From NCBI RefSeq assembly GCF_006345805.1, contig NC_043004.1, positions 19,406,001 through 19,470,000 on the forward strand: a stretch of 64,000 nucleotides of DNA, given 5' to 3'. The first letter of the stretch is position 1, and each line of letters starts with the position of its first letter. Source of the stretch: Octopus sinensis. Taxonomy: Eukaryota. Shown in pieces: positions 13,684 to 25,174 of this stretch. A model generated the notes under the pieces. That model was not told where the DNA came from. It searched no databases and was given only the letters and a program-made list of their open reading frames with translations. Position numbers and translations under genes: made by a program.

Positions 13684-14047
13684 TGTTTCTTTATTAGCCA
13701 CACAGGGCTGCACGCAGATAGAACAAATTACATGGTAGAGCTTTTCTTTTGAGGGTTAAAAAAAAAAGGAGAGGGGAGTTTCGATCAAAAGGGATCGTAA
13801 AAGGAGAGAAAGAGGACAAAAAAGGGGGGGTTAAAAAAAAGGGGGAGAGGAAAAAATTGATCAATAGGGATCGTTATCACAGGAATGTCAATATGAAGTG
13901 TAAAGGGGAGGACAGGTGAGGTTTACCCGTGGAAAGAAAAGCCTACGGAAAAGACCACGGTAACATCGGTCAATGAAGTCACATGTTATATTTCTTTTTT
14001 TTTTTTATTTTTGCAAATAAGCAACTCTCTGTATTAATTTTTATGGT

Positions 14048-17000
14048 TCATAGAATCATAGTCAAGGTGGCTTCGTCATTCATACGTGCCATCCTTGCTA
14101 CATTCACCCATCTTTTTTTAAAACATTCACTAGACAAAACTTGCCTCTCTACTCTCACTTTCCTCCTCAAGTGATACTTGAAGAAGTTGATGAGAGATTG
14201 ACCAGAGAGGAAAGTGTTTGTCTCTAATCCTTTCAGGCGCGTCCACCAGATACATTCATTCGCCATAGCCACAAGTATGATAAAAATAGCTCCTCCTTCC
14301 CGTTTGAAGGAAGGGGGCGTGACGATATTAACGATAGACTCGGCTGATAAACCGACACGTCCCACACATGACAGTAGTCGTTCGACACAAGCCCACAGGT
14401 GGGAAATTGCTGGACACTGCACGATTGCGTGCAGAGCGGTTTCGTCGCTCTGACCGCATCTCGGGCAGGTCGGCCCCGTGTTTCTCGAGCCATGCCTATA
14501 GAGCTTATCTCGAACGGGTAGCGCTTCACGGTAGCACCGCCAGGCCAGGGATCTCTGGAAGTTGTCCATAGGTCCCGGGCCGAAAGTCGTTTGAAACAGG
14601 CGGGTCAGGTATTCCTCGTCGACGCCCAGGTTTGCCCCGAGATCGTCGTCGTACCTCCCCTCCACTAATCCCCTATAGAATGCTTTGGTTGTGTTGAAGT
14701 CACTCAAGGTCGACCCAGGACGGCAGAGTTGCTTGAGAGCAACGCGACACTCGCGGTGCCATTCGCCCTTCCTCGGCCTCTTTTTGATCAACGACTGCAG
14801 TTCAATCATGGAGACAAGTTGCGGGAATGCGTGCCTCACAAACGGCGACCACACCTGTTCACCGTCGTCTACATAGAGCCGGAGATGTCGCAGTCTCAGC
14901 ACGTGTCTGCGCATCATCAACCACGGCATGCTCAGCCCTCCTTTTAACGGGTGTTGACAGCAAATGGATCGCCTGACGCATCCTTTCCACAAGAAGCGGA
15001 AGAGGATGCGTTCTAGTTTGGTGATGGTAGGGTCGGGACAAGGTACGACGGTCAGGCGGTAGTAGATGATGGACGCGATGTACGCGTTCGCCACCTCCGC
15101 CCGACCTTTTAGGGACAGTTTCCTCTCGGCTCATTGCTGGGCGAGAGTGACCACCCTACTCGTTATCTCGTTCCAGTTATTTTCCATTTGGAGGTCCGGA
15201 CCGAACCAGACCCCGAGCAACTCCACCGAGCCGTCAGTCCAGCGTCCCACGACGGAGGTACTGGTGGACGGCATTGGCTTGCTTCTCCAGGTGCCGAGCC
15301 GCAAGCCCACTGACTTTTCCCGGTTGATTTTTGCTCCTGTCACCGTTTCGTAGTCTTTCAGTGTCTGGCCGACCCGCTCGATGTGCTCGTGGCTTGACAC
15401 TATGACGGTGACGTCGTCCGCGTATGCAGACACGCTCGTCCCGCATCCCAATTCTCGCGGGATGCCCCTCAGAGTCGCCAGCTTCCGCAGTAGTGGCTCA
15501 AGAGTCAATACGTATAGAAGCGCCGAGAGGGGGCATCCCTGACGGACCGAACGTGCAATGTCGAAAGGTCTCGATAGATGTCCATTCACGCGAATTACCG
15601 AACGGATGCCTCTGTACAAGGCAGCTATCCAGCCGCGGAAGACGGGACCGAAACCAGCCGCTCTCAGGACTGCCTCCAAGTATCGATGGTCTACCCTATC
15701 GAAGGCTTTCGATTGATCCAAGTTGATCAGGGCCCCAACCATGCCAGGTTCGTTAACTACCCTGTCTATGATGTAGCGCATCAGATGGAGGTTGTCATGG
15801 ATGCTCCGGCCCGACACGGCGCACGTTTGTGCGTTGTCGACCAGTTTCTCGATGACAAGCGCCAACCTCTTGGCTAACACCTTTGTCGAAATTTTCAGGT
15901 CTGCATTGAGCAGAGTGATTGGTCTAAAGTTATCTATAATGTTCCCCTTGTTTGGATCTTTCTTCAGCAGTGTTACAGCTCCTCGACTCACAAAACCGGG
16001 TATGCTCCCGTTTTGCTGCCAGTTGCAGTATACCACTGCCAAGACGTCTCCAAACAAGTCTGGCATACAATTGTAAAACTCGTAGGGCAGACCATCCAAA
16101 CCCGGCGATTTGTCTCTCGAGCATTCTGCCATCGCGTCCTGCACATCCGCCGCCGTGATGGCACCTTCGCAGCACTCTGCCTCTCTTGCCGAGAGTCGTG
16201 GTAGGCTGTGCAGGTAGGCACTGAAATCCACCCTGCGTTCACGCTCGCCACTCGTCTCGTACAGTCGGGCAAAGTGCCGCTGAAATGTCTCGCACATCTT
16301 GCTGGGCTCGAGCAATTCATCTACCAGAGACCGAATGGTGGCTTTGTTGCCCTGCTGCGCCTCCGCCACCCGAGCCTCTCTCGCGGCTCCAACACCTTCG
16401 TTCCTTAGAGCACGCATCCTAGCTCTGACAGCACATCCTTCGTGTTTGGCGTTGAAGTGTTGGTCGAGGGCCAACCTCGCCGCCAAAACGTCGGATGCGA
16501 TGCCGCTTCTAATTGCCTCTTCTAGCTTCTTAACTAGCTCACCCTCTACTCTATTTCTATCTATGGCTAGTGCTGTGCTGTACCTAATCGCTTCTGCTTT
16601 TACTGCTCTCTTGAGGGCAAACCACTATTTGTTGTTGATGATGGCTCCCGTCAAAGCCCTCTTTACTAGTGTGCTAATCCGGTCTCTGAAAACTTGTCTG
16701 GACGGGAATGATGCGTTCAATTTCCAGTACCCAGGACCCTGTCGATGTGCCTTATCTAAGTCTAGCGTACACATCACCAATTTGTGATCCGTGTAGCTGA
16801 CTGTATGGAATTGTGGACATCCTAAGTTATCCTTGTCTACTGTCCTACACAGTATCCTATCTAGATACGATCTCGACGACCCACTGCGGTTGCTCCATGT
16901 CCACGTTGGTGCATTTGGGTGGTCGAGTCGGTACCTGTCAGACAGTTGGAATCGTCTGAGCAGGTCTCTGAGGCATTTGCATCCCCTTCTGTTTTTGTCT

Positions 17001-17464
17001 CTCTCCACATAGTCTAGATGCGTGTCCAAGGTAGCATTCCAATCCCCCACTAAAAGTAAAGGACGAGACGTTCCCAGGAATACTTCTAGACGTCGAAAGA
17101 AATCCGGCCGACCTGTTAAAAGCGGTGCGTAGACTGATACGAGTCGAAAAGCGCACCCATTGCTGCCGTCGACATCCAGAACGACCAGTCTACCCTCCGG
17201 GTCTACGAATATCGTCTTGACTTCGAGATCCAGGCTCTTGTGAAAAAGTACCGTGGTGCCACTACCGCCCATCCTCGGCAGACAGGGAGCAAAATATATG
17301 TTAAACTGTCCGCCAAACATGGACTTTAGGGCCCGTGGCTCGTGGAGTCTGGTCTCACTTATGGCTATGATTCCCAAATCGTGTGACTTGATGTCATTTA
17401 GGAGGTATCCTTGTTTCCAAGGAGACCCCAGGCCACGCGCATTCACACAACCAATCTTGACCAT
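14048..17464 (-). pseudogene. ORF2: Tx1-like ORF2 (APE endonuclease, RT, C-terminal CCHC finger) in one frame with two premature stops
   Basis: Motifs include VNARGL, ISETRL, GDWNA, SYLDRI, TDHKLV, GPGYWKLN, KSPGLDGLPYEFY, FRPITLLN, DQSKAFDRV, RQGCPLS, YADD and CPRCGQSDETALHAIVQC. The three track ORFs are in frame, separated only by TAG (16625-27) and TGA (15131-33). Confidence 0.92.
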
Positions 17465-17514
17465 GATTCTATTGGGGTGTGTGCTTTAAAACACAAAAAG
17501 GAAAGTACAGAGAG

Positions 17515-18846
17515 TTACTTACTTGTGTCGAAAGTTATGGCTTCCTCGTTCTTTGATGTGTCTTCGAGGAGGTTTTTATAAAGTTTTTGGGACAGATATT
17601 TTTGGAAACCCCCTACAGCATTTGGGAAGAGGGCTTTGAGTTTGTGGTGTTGTGTTTGTGTGATGTGTAGTATTTTGATGTGTTTGGGTGGTGTAGTGCG
17701 TGGATGGTTGTTAGTTTTGAAGTCATCTTCACAGATGTTCGAGTAGCCTGTGATGTACTCCATTAGTTTGGAGTCTTTTGTGTCTATCGCTGATAGCATT
17801 GTGTGTGTTTTTGTGGTGTTGGTGCTTGTTTGGTTGTGTATGGAGCTTTCGGGGTTCAGGTATCTCCCTGCTTTGGTTGCGTTTTCTTTGGTTTTTTGGG
17901 GTCTTTTCCTTTTACCCCCTGTGGCTATTTGCCATTCCGTCGAACTTTCGTCGTTAGACGACGTGTCCGAATGAGAAGAGGGTAAAGGCAAAGTGTTTGG
18001 ATCTATATGTGTGTTTGTAGAAGGTGTTGTTGTTTTGTGTGGTGTTTGTGTTGTTGGGGTGTTAGGGGCAGAATTTGTCTTTTCGTCATTGATATTTGTT
18101 TTTTTGGTTGTTGTTCTTGGTGCTGGTGTTGGTTTATCTTTTGATGTTGGTGGTGATGTTGCTTCTCTTCTTGGTGATGTGGTTGGTGAGGGGGAAACAG
18201 TTTTTGTATCGTCCGCTGTTTTTCCTGTCTTTTGGGTTGAAGGAGGTGTGGGTAGCAGGGGTTTCCTTCCAGGTTTGGGGAGTGGTTGCTGTTGCCTATT
18301 TCTGACAGCAGTTGGGCACTCGTATCTAAGGTGTGCCTGACTGTTGCATAAATAGCATCTTGGTCTCCTGCCCTCCACCACTACATACAATTTTTGGTCG
18401 TTTGCCAGTTGAACAAAGGCTGGTAAATTGTTTATTACTTCTTGGGAGATTTGAAGCAATATTTCGAGTTTTTTACCCGTCCAGCTTTCCTCTGGAATGT
18501 CAGCTGTTTCTAAAATATCTGCTTCTTCTATATCGAAGCAGATGGCTGATACCAGCCACTGGGTATTCACCATTGGCGGCACATTATTTATTGTGACTTT
18601 CGTAATTCTGCGCCCAAGGTAGCTAGGTACCATTGTTACCTGGTCTGTGCGCAGAGTAAGGGTTGAAAACCTTTTTGCTAGTTCTTCCGTATGGAAGTGA
18701 ACTTGCACGGTAGCAAATTTACTTCCCCAATTCACATAATTTCGGAATTTCCACACGGAAGAGAGGCACTTTTCAATTTTTTCTTTAGGTAGGCTTTCCG
18801 GTCTTTTTGTTTTGGTGTTGAGTATTCTGTAAATGATGGTCTTCTT
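17515..18846 (-). CDS. ORF1: Tx1-like ORF1 nucleic-acid chaperone, open frame lacking its start codon
   Basis: The frame is open 30 codons upstream of the track's GTG. It has a CX2CX4HX4C knuckle (CYLCNSQAHLRYEC) followed by a Pro/Thr-rich region, and is homologous to the relic at 45.6-46.3 kb. Confidence 0.85.
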   Translation of the reverse strand, partial: KKTIIYRILNTKTKRPESLPKEKIEKCLSSVWKFRNYVNWGSKFATVQVHFHTEELAKRFSTLTLRTDQVTMVPSYLGRRITKVTINNVPPMVNTQWLVSAICFDIEEADILETADIPEESWTGKKLEILLQISQEVINNLPAFVQLANDQKLYVVVEGRRPRCYLCNSQAHLRYECPTAVRNRQQQPLPKPGRKPLLPTPPSTQKTGKTADDTKTVSPSPTTSPRREATSPPTSKDKPTPAPRTTTKKTNINDEKTNSAPNTPTTQTPHKTTTPSTNTHIDPNTLPLPSSHSDTSSNDESSTEWQIATGGKRKRPQKTKENATKAGRYLNPESSIHNQTSTNTTKTHTMLSAIDTKDSKLMEYITGYSNICEDDFKTNNHPRTTPPKHIKILHITQTQHHKLKALFPNAVGGFQKYLSQKLYKNLLEDTSKNEEAITFDTSK

Positions 18847-18848
18847 TT

Positions 18849-19217
<369 letters not shown>

Positions 19218-19333
19218 AAAAAGATATTACATATCTATCTTATATACATTACCAGTGCAATAGGTGGGGTGTCTGTGTATTCCATTACACAGCCAGCACT
19301 ACTAAAACTTGTATTACAACGATATATCTATGG

Positions 19334-19368
<35 letters not shown>

Positions 19369-19554
19369 TCATATAATGTTATTAAATGCTTCCTCTGTTG
19401 TTCTTTGATTTACACTCTTCTAAACAAATAGATGACAAGAGATAAAAGAAAACATTTTCTGGCAGTGAAATAAAGTAGAACTGTGATGAAAGGGACGGTT
19501 TTTGTTATTCTTTCATTTTACATTCTATAGTTTATCTCATAATTTATCTTTAAC

Positions 19555-19955
19555 TTTTCTCAGTCATTGCACTATGGCCATGCTGGATTACTGCCTTCAA
19601 GTTTATTTTTAAAGTTTGATACTTATTCTCTCTTCCTTTTGCTGAACTGCTAAGTTACGTCAGCCTAAAAATAACAACATCGGTTATCAGGCACTGGTGG
19701 AAGGCAAACATAACACAAATACAAAGACACACACACACACATGTATGCACACACACACACACACACACGCACACACATACACACACATACACACACACAC
19801 ACATATATATATATACATACACGCACACACACATTATACGACGGTCTTCTTTCAGTTTCCGTCCAACAATTCCACAGACAAGGCTTTCATCGGTCCTGTT
19901 CTATAGTATAAGACATTTGTCCTAGGTGCCGTGCACTGGAACTGAACCCGGACCC
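19555..19955 (-). mobile_element. Diverged SINE family B
   Basis: Recognisable tail, central (CA)n and head blocks. Confidence 0.7.
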
Positions 19956-20458
19956 ATGGTTTTCTCATTTATTTAGTACTATATCTTTAACCTGTCCATA
20001 ATTTAAATATAATTATGAATTATTGTGCTTAACTGCGTTATTCTTTCGCGGCACACGACCATCTTCAACTTCTAATTTAGAAGATCTATTTTATAAGAAC
20101 CACAAATCCTGCACACTTTATGTACCATTAACCAGTCTCTGAAACAAGTTTCCTTGTTCATTCCCCGACTTCTTTCACATTCGCTGATATCTCATGTAAG
20201 ACTGATTAAGATTTAGCGTCCCTGTGTGTGTGCAAGTATGCATATGTACAAGCACGCACACACGCATACATATGTACCTATACTTACATATATATATATA
20301 CATATATATTTAAATAGGTGAATGAATTATCCTATGTTTATCGTTAGCATGGAAAATTCGTTTAACGGAAACCTGGGTAGCAAATTCACGTCAGAAACAC
20401 GGTTGAAGCGACCTGTCAAGGGTAGAAACTCCGGGTTCATGTGCAGAAATTTGTGTGT

Positions 20459-20525
20459 TGTATATGAATAAATGAAAGAATGGAGTCGAATGGTTCGACT
20501 CCATTCTTTCATTTATTTATATACA
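20459..20525. other. Isolated hairpin: perfect 24-bp stem, 3-nt loop, extendable through one G.T pair
   Basis: AATAAATGAAAGAATGGAGTCGAA-TGG-TTCGACTCCATTCTTTCATTTATT (20467-20517). Confidence 0.9.
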
Positions 20526-20532
20526 TATATAT

Positions 20533-20563
<31 letters not shown>

Positions 20564-20569
20564 CATATA

Positions 20570-20617
<48 letters not shown>

Positions 20618-20632
20618 ATGTATGTATGTATG

Positions 20633-20664
<32 letters not shown>

Positions 20665-20716
20665 GTTTGGGGAAATATTATTCATTTTGAATTGATAAAA
20701 GGTGTTTTTTTCTAAT

Positions 20717-20748
<32 letters not shown>

Positions 20749-22619
20749 ATATATTATATATATATATATATATACATACATATATATATATATACGTGTG
20801 TGTGTGTATGTATATATATATATATATATAGTTAATCAAAACATTAACAAAGAGAAAACACAACACGAGGACGTGGAATAAGTATAGTGTTATTGGACGC
20901 TCGGGAAAGGAAAGAAAGAAGGAGGATTTAACGTTTCGACAGAGAAAGAAAATCGCCAACGATACACACACAGTCACATATTGAAATGACCGGAAGGGAA
21001 TGGGAGAAGAAAAAGTTCTTTCAAAGACAGGAGAGTGCAAGAGAAGGAGGTATGTGCGCGCACGCAGGTCTGTGTGTGTGTGTAATGATAGCACGTGTGT
21101 GTGTGTGTGATTGTGGCTGTTTATCTATGTGTGTTGTTGGGCTTAGTATCGTTTAAGGTCATTGGAAGAATTTATAGTAAGAATTTTGGTAAGAGTGGCA
21201 GCCTGTTGTGTGTCTACCTACACATGTGCGTAGGAGAATGGTCAGTGGAAGGTACTGGTAGTTTGAAGTATACGTGTGTGCGTGTATGTATATGTTGTGT
21301 GTGTGTTCTGTTTGCGGTGTGTGTGTGTGTGTGTATGTGTGTGTTTGTGTGTGTATGCGTGGGGATGTGTGTGTGTGGAGTGATAGTACTTTTCTCTGTG
21401 TATGTATCGGAGGTATGTGTGGGTTCGTTTGCGTGTGTGTGTATGTGTGTGCGTGTGTATATGCACGTGTGTGCGTGTGAGTGTATGTGCGTGTGTACAT
21501 GTGTGTGTATGTGCGTGTGTATTTTGTGTGTGTGTGAATGTGCATGCGTGTGTGAACGAGGGGTTGTGTAAGGGGTATAGGTGCGTTTTTAACGCGTGTG
21601 TTCATGTGCGCGTGTGTGTGCGTGTACAAGTGTATGTGCGTGTGTATGTGTGTGCGTATGTGGGTGTATATAGGTGTATGCGTGGGGTTGTGAGTGTTAG
21701 GTATGTGTGCATTCGTGTGCGTGTGTACGTGCGTATTTGTACGCATATGTGTGTGTGTGTGTATGTGTCTATATGTGTATTGGTATGTGCGTGTATGCAT
21801 ATACTGGGTGTGTATGTAAATTTGTGTGTGCGTGGGTTGTGTGGGGGTTGGATGTGGGGTTTGTGTAGGCGTATATGTGCGTACCTGTGTGTATGTGCGT
21901 CGTGTGTATGCTTGTGTGCGTGTGCTTACGTGCGTGTGTGCGTGTATGCGTGTTTGTGCCCATGTGTGTAGTTGTGTGCGTGTCTGTATGTGTATTGTGT
22001 GTGTTGGCGGTATATGTGCGAACATGTGCTAGTGTGTGTGTGTATGTACGTGTGCATATATGTGTGTGTGTATGTGCGTGTGTTTGTATGTGTGTGTGCA
22101 TGTGTGTATGTGCGTGCATGGCTATAAGTGTGTGTGAACGTGGAGATGTGTGTCGGGTTATGTGTGTATTTTGTTGCGTGCATGCGCGTGTGCTTGAGTA
22201 TGTGTGTTTATGTGGTTGTGTGTACGTTTATGTGTGTGTGTATAAAGGTATGTGTGCCTGTGTGTGCGTGGGGTTGTTTGGGATAGGCAACTGTGCATTC
22301 CCGTGCGTGTGTATGTGTGCGTGTACGTTTGTGCACGTGTGAGTGTGCGCGTGGGTATATGTGGGTGTATGTGTGTATGCATGCGTGTGTGTGTATATGT
22401 GTGTATATGTGCATGTATGTGTGTTGTATGTGGGTGGCGTGTGTGGAAGATATATGTACGTTCATGTGTGTGCGTGTATATAGAAATAAAAACAATAAAA
22501 TATAAAAATTAAGGTTGAAAGGAGATAAGGAATTTAATGCAATATAAATGGCGCAATTACAAGCAAAAATGGAAAATGAAATAAGGTTGCTTTGTTGCAG
22601 GAGGTGTAGAAGCAGTCAA

Positions 22620-23670
22620 TTGGAAGAAGGGTTGTGTTTAGCCCGTGGGGATGGTTGTTCGTAGATTAAAGATATACCGTTGTTGCAGGCGGAGTCGTGA
22701 GTGTGTGTGGATCCGTGGTGCAGTGCGAGGCCAAAGACGGAGATGTTAGAGGGGTAATGGTTGGCCAAGCGGAAGTAACGGGCGACGGGGGTGATCGAAC
22801 GTAGATAAACATCCCTTAGAAGCTCGGTGAACCGGTCGGCCAGTCGGCGGTCCGTCTGACCAACATATAGTTTACCACAGAGGTTGCATCTAATACAGTA
22901 TATGAGGCTAGAAGAAGTGAAAGAGAGGGAATTTGTTATGCGAAGAGTTTGCTGATTAGAACCAGTGAGAGAAGTAGTGTTGGTGATGAAGGGGCAGGTG
23001 TTGCAGTGGGATCTGGAGCGCGGGAAAGAACCGGGTGGGGTTGTGGGGAAGAGGAGAAGGTGCTACGGACCAGAAGATCGCGTAGGTTCCTTGCGCGTTT
23101 AAAGGAGTACAAGGGTGGGCTGTGGAAAATGGGTCGAGTAGTGGGATCGAGCTAAAGACGACGGAAGGCCCGTAGTATCCTCCGACGAAGGGGTAGAGTG
23201 GAGGGTTGGAAAAAGAGAGGAAAGCGGGTGCGGTTAGGGGGTTGGTGAAGGGAAGGAGAAAGGGCGGTGGCGCGATCGATTCGACGAGCGCGGGAAAGGA
23301 CGTTTTAGACAAGGGTTGAGGGGTATCCTCAATGCCTGAACAGGCGGGCAAGGTACTGGGACTGGGTCTCAAGATCCTGGTCCCGGCTGCACAAGCTTCG
23401 GAGGCGGAGGAACTGGGAGTAGGGGATGGCCCGTTTGGTGTGGAAGGGATGGGAGGAGGAGAAGCTGAGGTTGAGTTGGGAATCTGTGGGCTTGAAGAAG
23501 GTGGAGGTGGTGAGAGAATGGGATGGGTGGTTAATGATAAGATGATAAGAGAGCTATCAAGTAAGTTAAAAGAGGTGTTAGAGATAGTAGAAGTGAATTG
23601 GAGAGAAGGGTGGAAATTAGGAAGGAAAGAGATGAAGTGGCAGAGTTGTTCACGGGAGAGGGAGGTGGCA
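22620..23670 (-). pseudogene. PLE RT C-terminus plus GIY-YIG endonuclease
   Basis: Own translation: NFHPSLQFT, FFKPTDSQ, SSHPFHTKRAIPYSQFLRLR, PPLYSFKRARNLRDLLVRS, CNTCPFI, LIYCIRCNLCGKLYVGQTDRRLADRF. Confidence 0.85.
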
Positions 23671-23813
23671 CCTATATATGTATTTATATATAGATAGATA
23701 TGTATATATATAGATGTTATATATATACATAGATATGTATATATGCATGACCTCGTGTGTACCGTTGGCGATTTTTTTTCTCTGTCTTCCCTTCTCTGGA
23801 TCTTTCCTTCTAT

Positions 23814-23848
23814 GTTTCCGACGAAGAGCTCCGCTCAAAACGTTAAAC
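23814..23848 (+). ncRNA. Degenerate minimal type I hammerhead ribozyme in the PLE pseudo-LTR
   Basis: GTTT-CCGACGA-A-GAGC-TCC-GCTC-AAAACGTT-AAAC. Helices I and II and the ACGT helix III are present, but core positions U4 and G12 are mutated. Confidence 0.55.
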
Positions 23849-23941
23849 CCTCCTTCTTTCCTTCTTTCCTGAGCGTCCAATAATACTATATTTGTTCCAC
23901 GTCCTCGCGTTGTCGTTTTTTTTGTGCTTTCTTGTTTGGAT

Positions 23942-23982
<41 letters not shown>

Positions 23983-24815
23983 TATATATATGTATATAAG
24001 GCAAATAAGAAAATGGAGAGGATATACAATCGACAAACATCAGCCAGTAAACATTCAATTATATTTACTTATTAAATTATTACAAACATATGTGTGAGAG
24101 ATACAAATTAACGAATGAAATAAGTCAATAAATGCATAAACAGATACATATGCATATACATATATAGAGAGAAACAAATGAATGATAATAGATAAGTGTA
24201 CACATGCTAATACTTACGGCCGTTTCTACCATCTTCATCACGTTAGCGATATACAGGAATGAACCGACATTGGACAGGATTTGGATAATGGATGTGCTCC
24301 TAGGCTTCTCCAGAGGGTCCAAACTAACATGTGTAAAAGTCAGTTAAAAAATAGAGTAGGGTAAAATAAAATAAAATAAAATAATGTGATACTCATAGTG
24401 AAGAAAGTTAAGGTAAGGACTTCAATTAAGATGTTAATATAATCCATGGTATTCCATCTTGTGGTATGCAGGTGATTAAAGTCACACACAGGAGGAATTT
24501 CTGCAGGCTGCGGTTTACATCGTGTTTCCATTATACTGGGGAAAATAGCGAGGGGGGGTCATATGTTAAGTGATGGGTTTAAGGGTTTGGTCCATGTTAC
24601 AGGGGCTAGAGGTTAGATGCTAACTGCTATTTAGTAGATATAGCTTTATAAAAGGTGTTGGCAGAAATAACTTAGATAAAACCCATTAAACTGGGTGAAG
24701 CCTAAATGTGATACTAATATTAGTTACTTCTTGACCGAAACCTAATCTCAAAAGCCCTATATGTAGTGGGGTGGGGACAAAGTCAGTTCTACAACCTACA
24801 TATATGTATGTGGAT

Positions 24816-25136
24816 GCGCAATGGCTCAGTTGTTAGGTTGTTAGGATCGCGGTTTCGATTCCCAGATCGGGCGTTGTGAGTGTTTATTGAGCGAGAATAA
24901 CTAAAGCTCCACATGGCTCCGGCAGGGGGTGATGGTGATCCCTGCTGTACTCTTTCACCACTACTTTCTCTCATTCTTTCTTCTGCTGGCCCGCTATATA
25001 TATATATATATATACAGATCACATGACTGACCTCAGATGTTGCTACACATCGCTGGTCACAATGCACTTCACATTGTCTTAGCCTTCAATGACGCCACCC
25101 CGCTGGCTAAGCTAACAACTGGGCCATTGCGCCTCC
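24816..25136. mobile_element. Two partial family C-type SINEs in opposite orientation
   Basis: Plus-strand head at 24816; minus-strand head ending at 25136. Confidence 0.7.
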
Positions 25137-25174
25137 ACACACATATATGTGTATGTATGTATATATATATATAT

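Larger units (their letters stand above)
13684..18848 (-). mobile_element. Near-full-length L1/Tx1-group non-LTR retrotransposon (ORF1 + ORF2 + ~365-nt 3' UTR)
   Basis: Two ORFs with a 50-nt spacer. The 3' end is AATAAAGAAACA followed by (TATC)n. The 5' end is truncated inside the first codons of ORF1 and abuts (GATA)n. Confidence 0.93.
20831..23945 (-). mobile_element. 5'-truncated Penelope-like element with pseudo-LTRs in inverted orientation and a large internal degenerate (GT)n tract
   Basis: RT/GIY-YIG fragment at 22620-23670. Terminal repeats at ~20831-20965 and ~23755-23945 are reverse complements of each other. Confidence 0.75.

Noticed and set aside
14214-16787. Plus-strand ORFs overlapping Tx1 ORF2, and antisense ORFs over Gypsy pol
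   Set aside because: They are shadow frames of GC-richer coding sequence with no independent motifs.
21095-22512. Many His/Thr and Cys/Val ORFs here and at 3.5-5.2, 33.9, 36.5, 43.6, 46.5 and 48.2 kb
   Set aside because: These are dinucleotide microsatellite artefacts.
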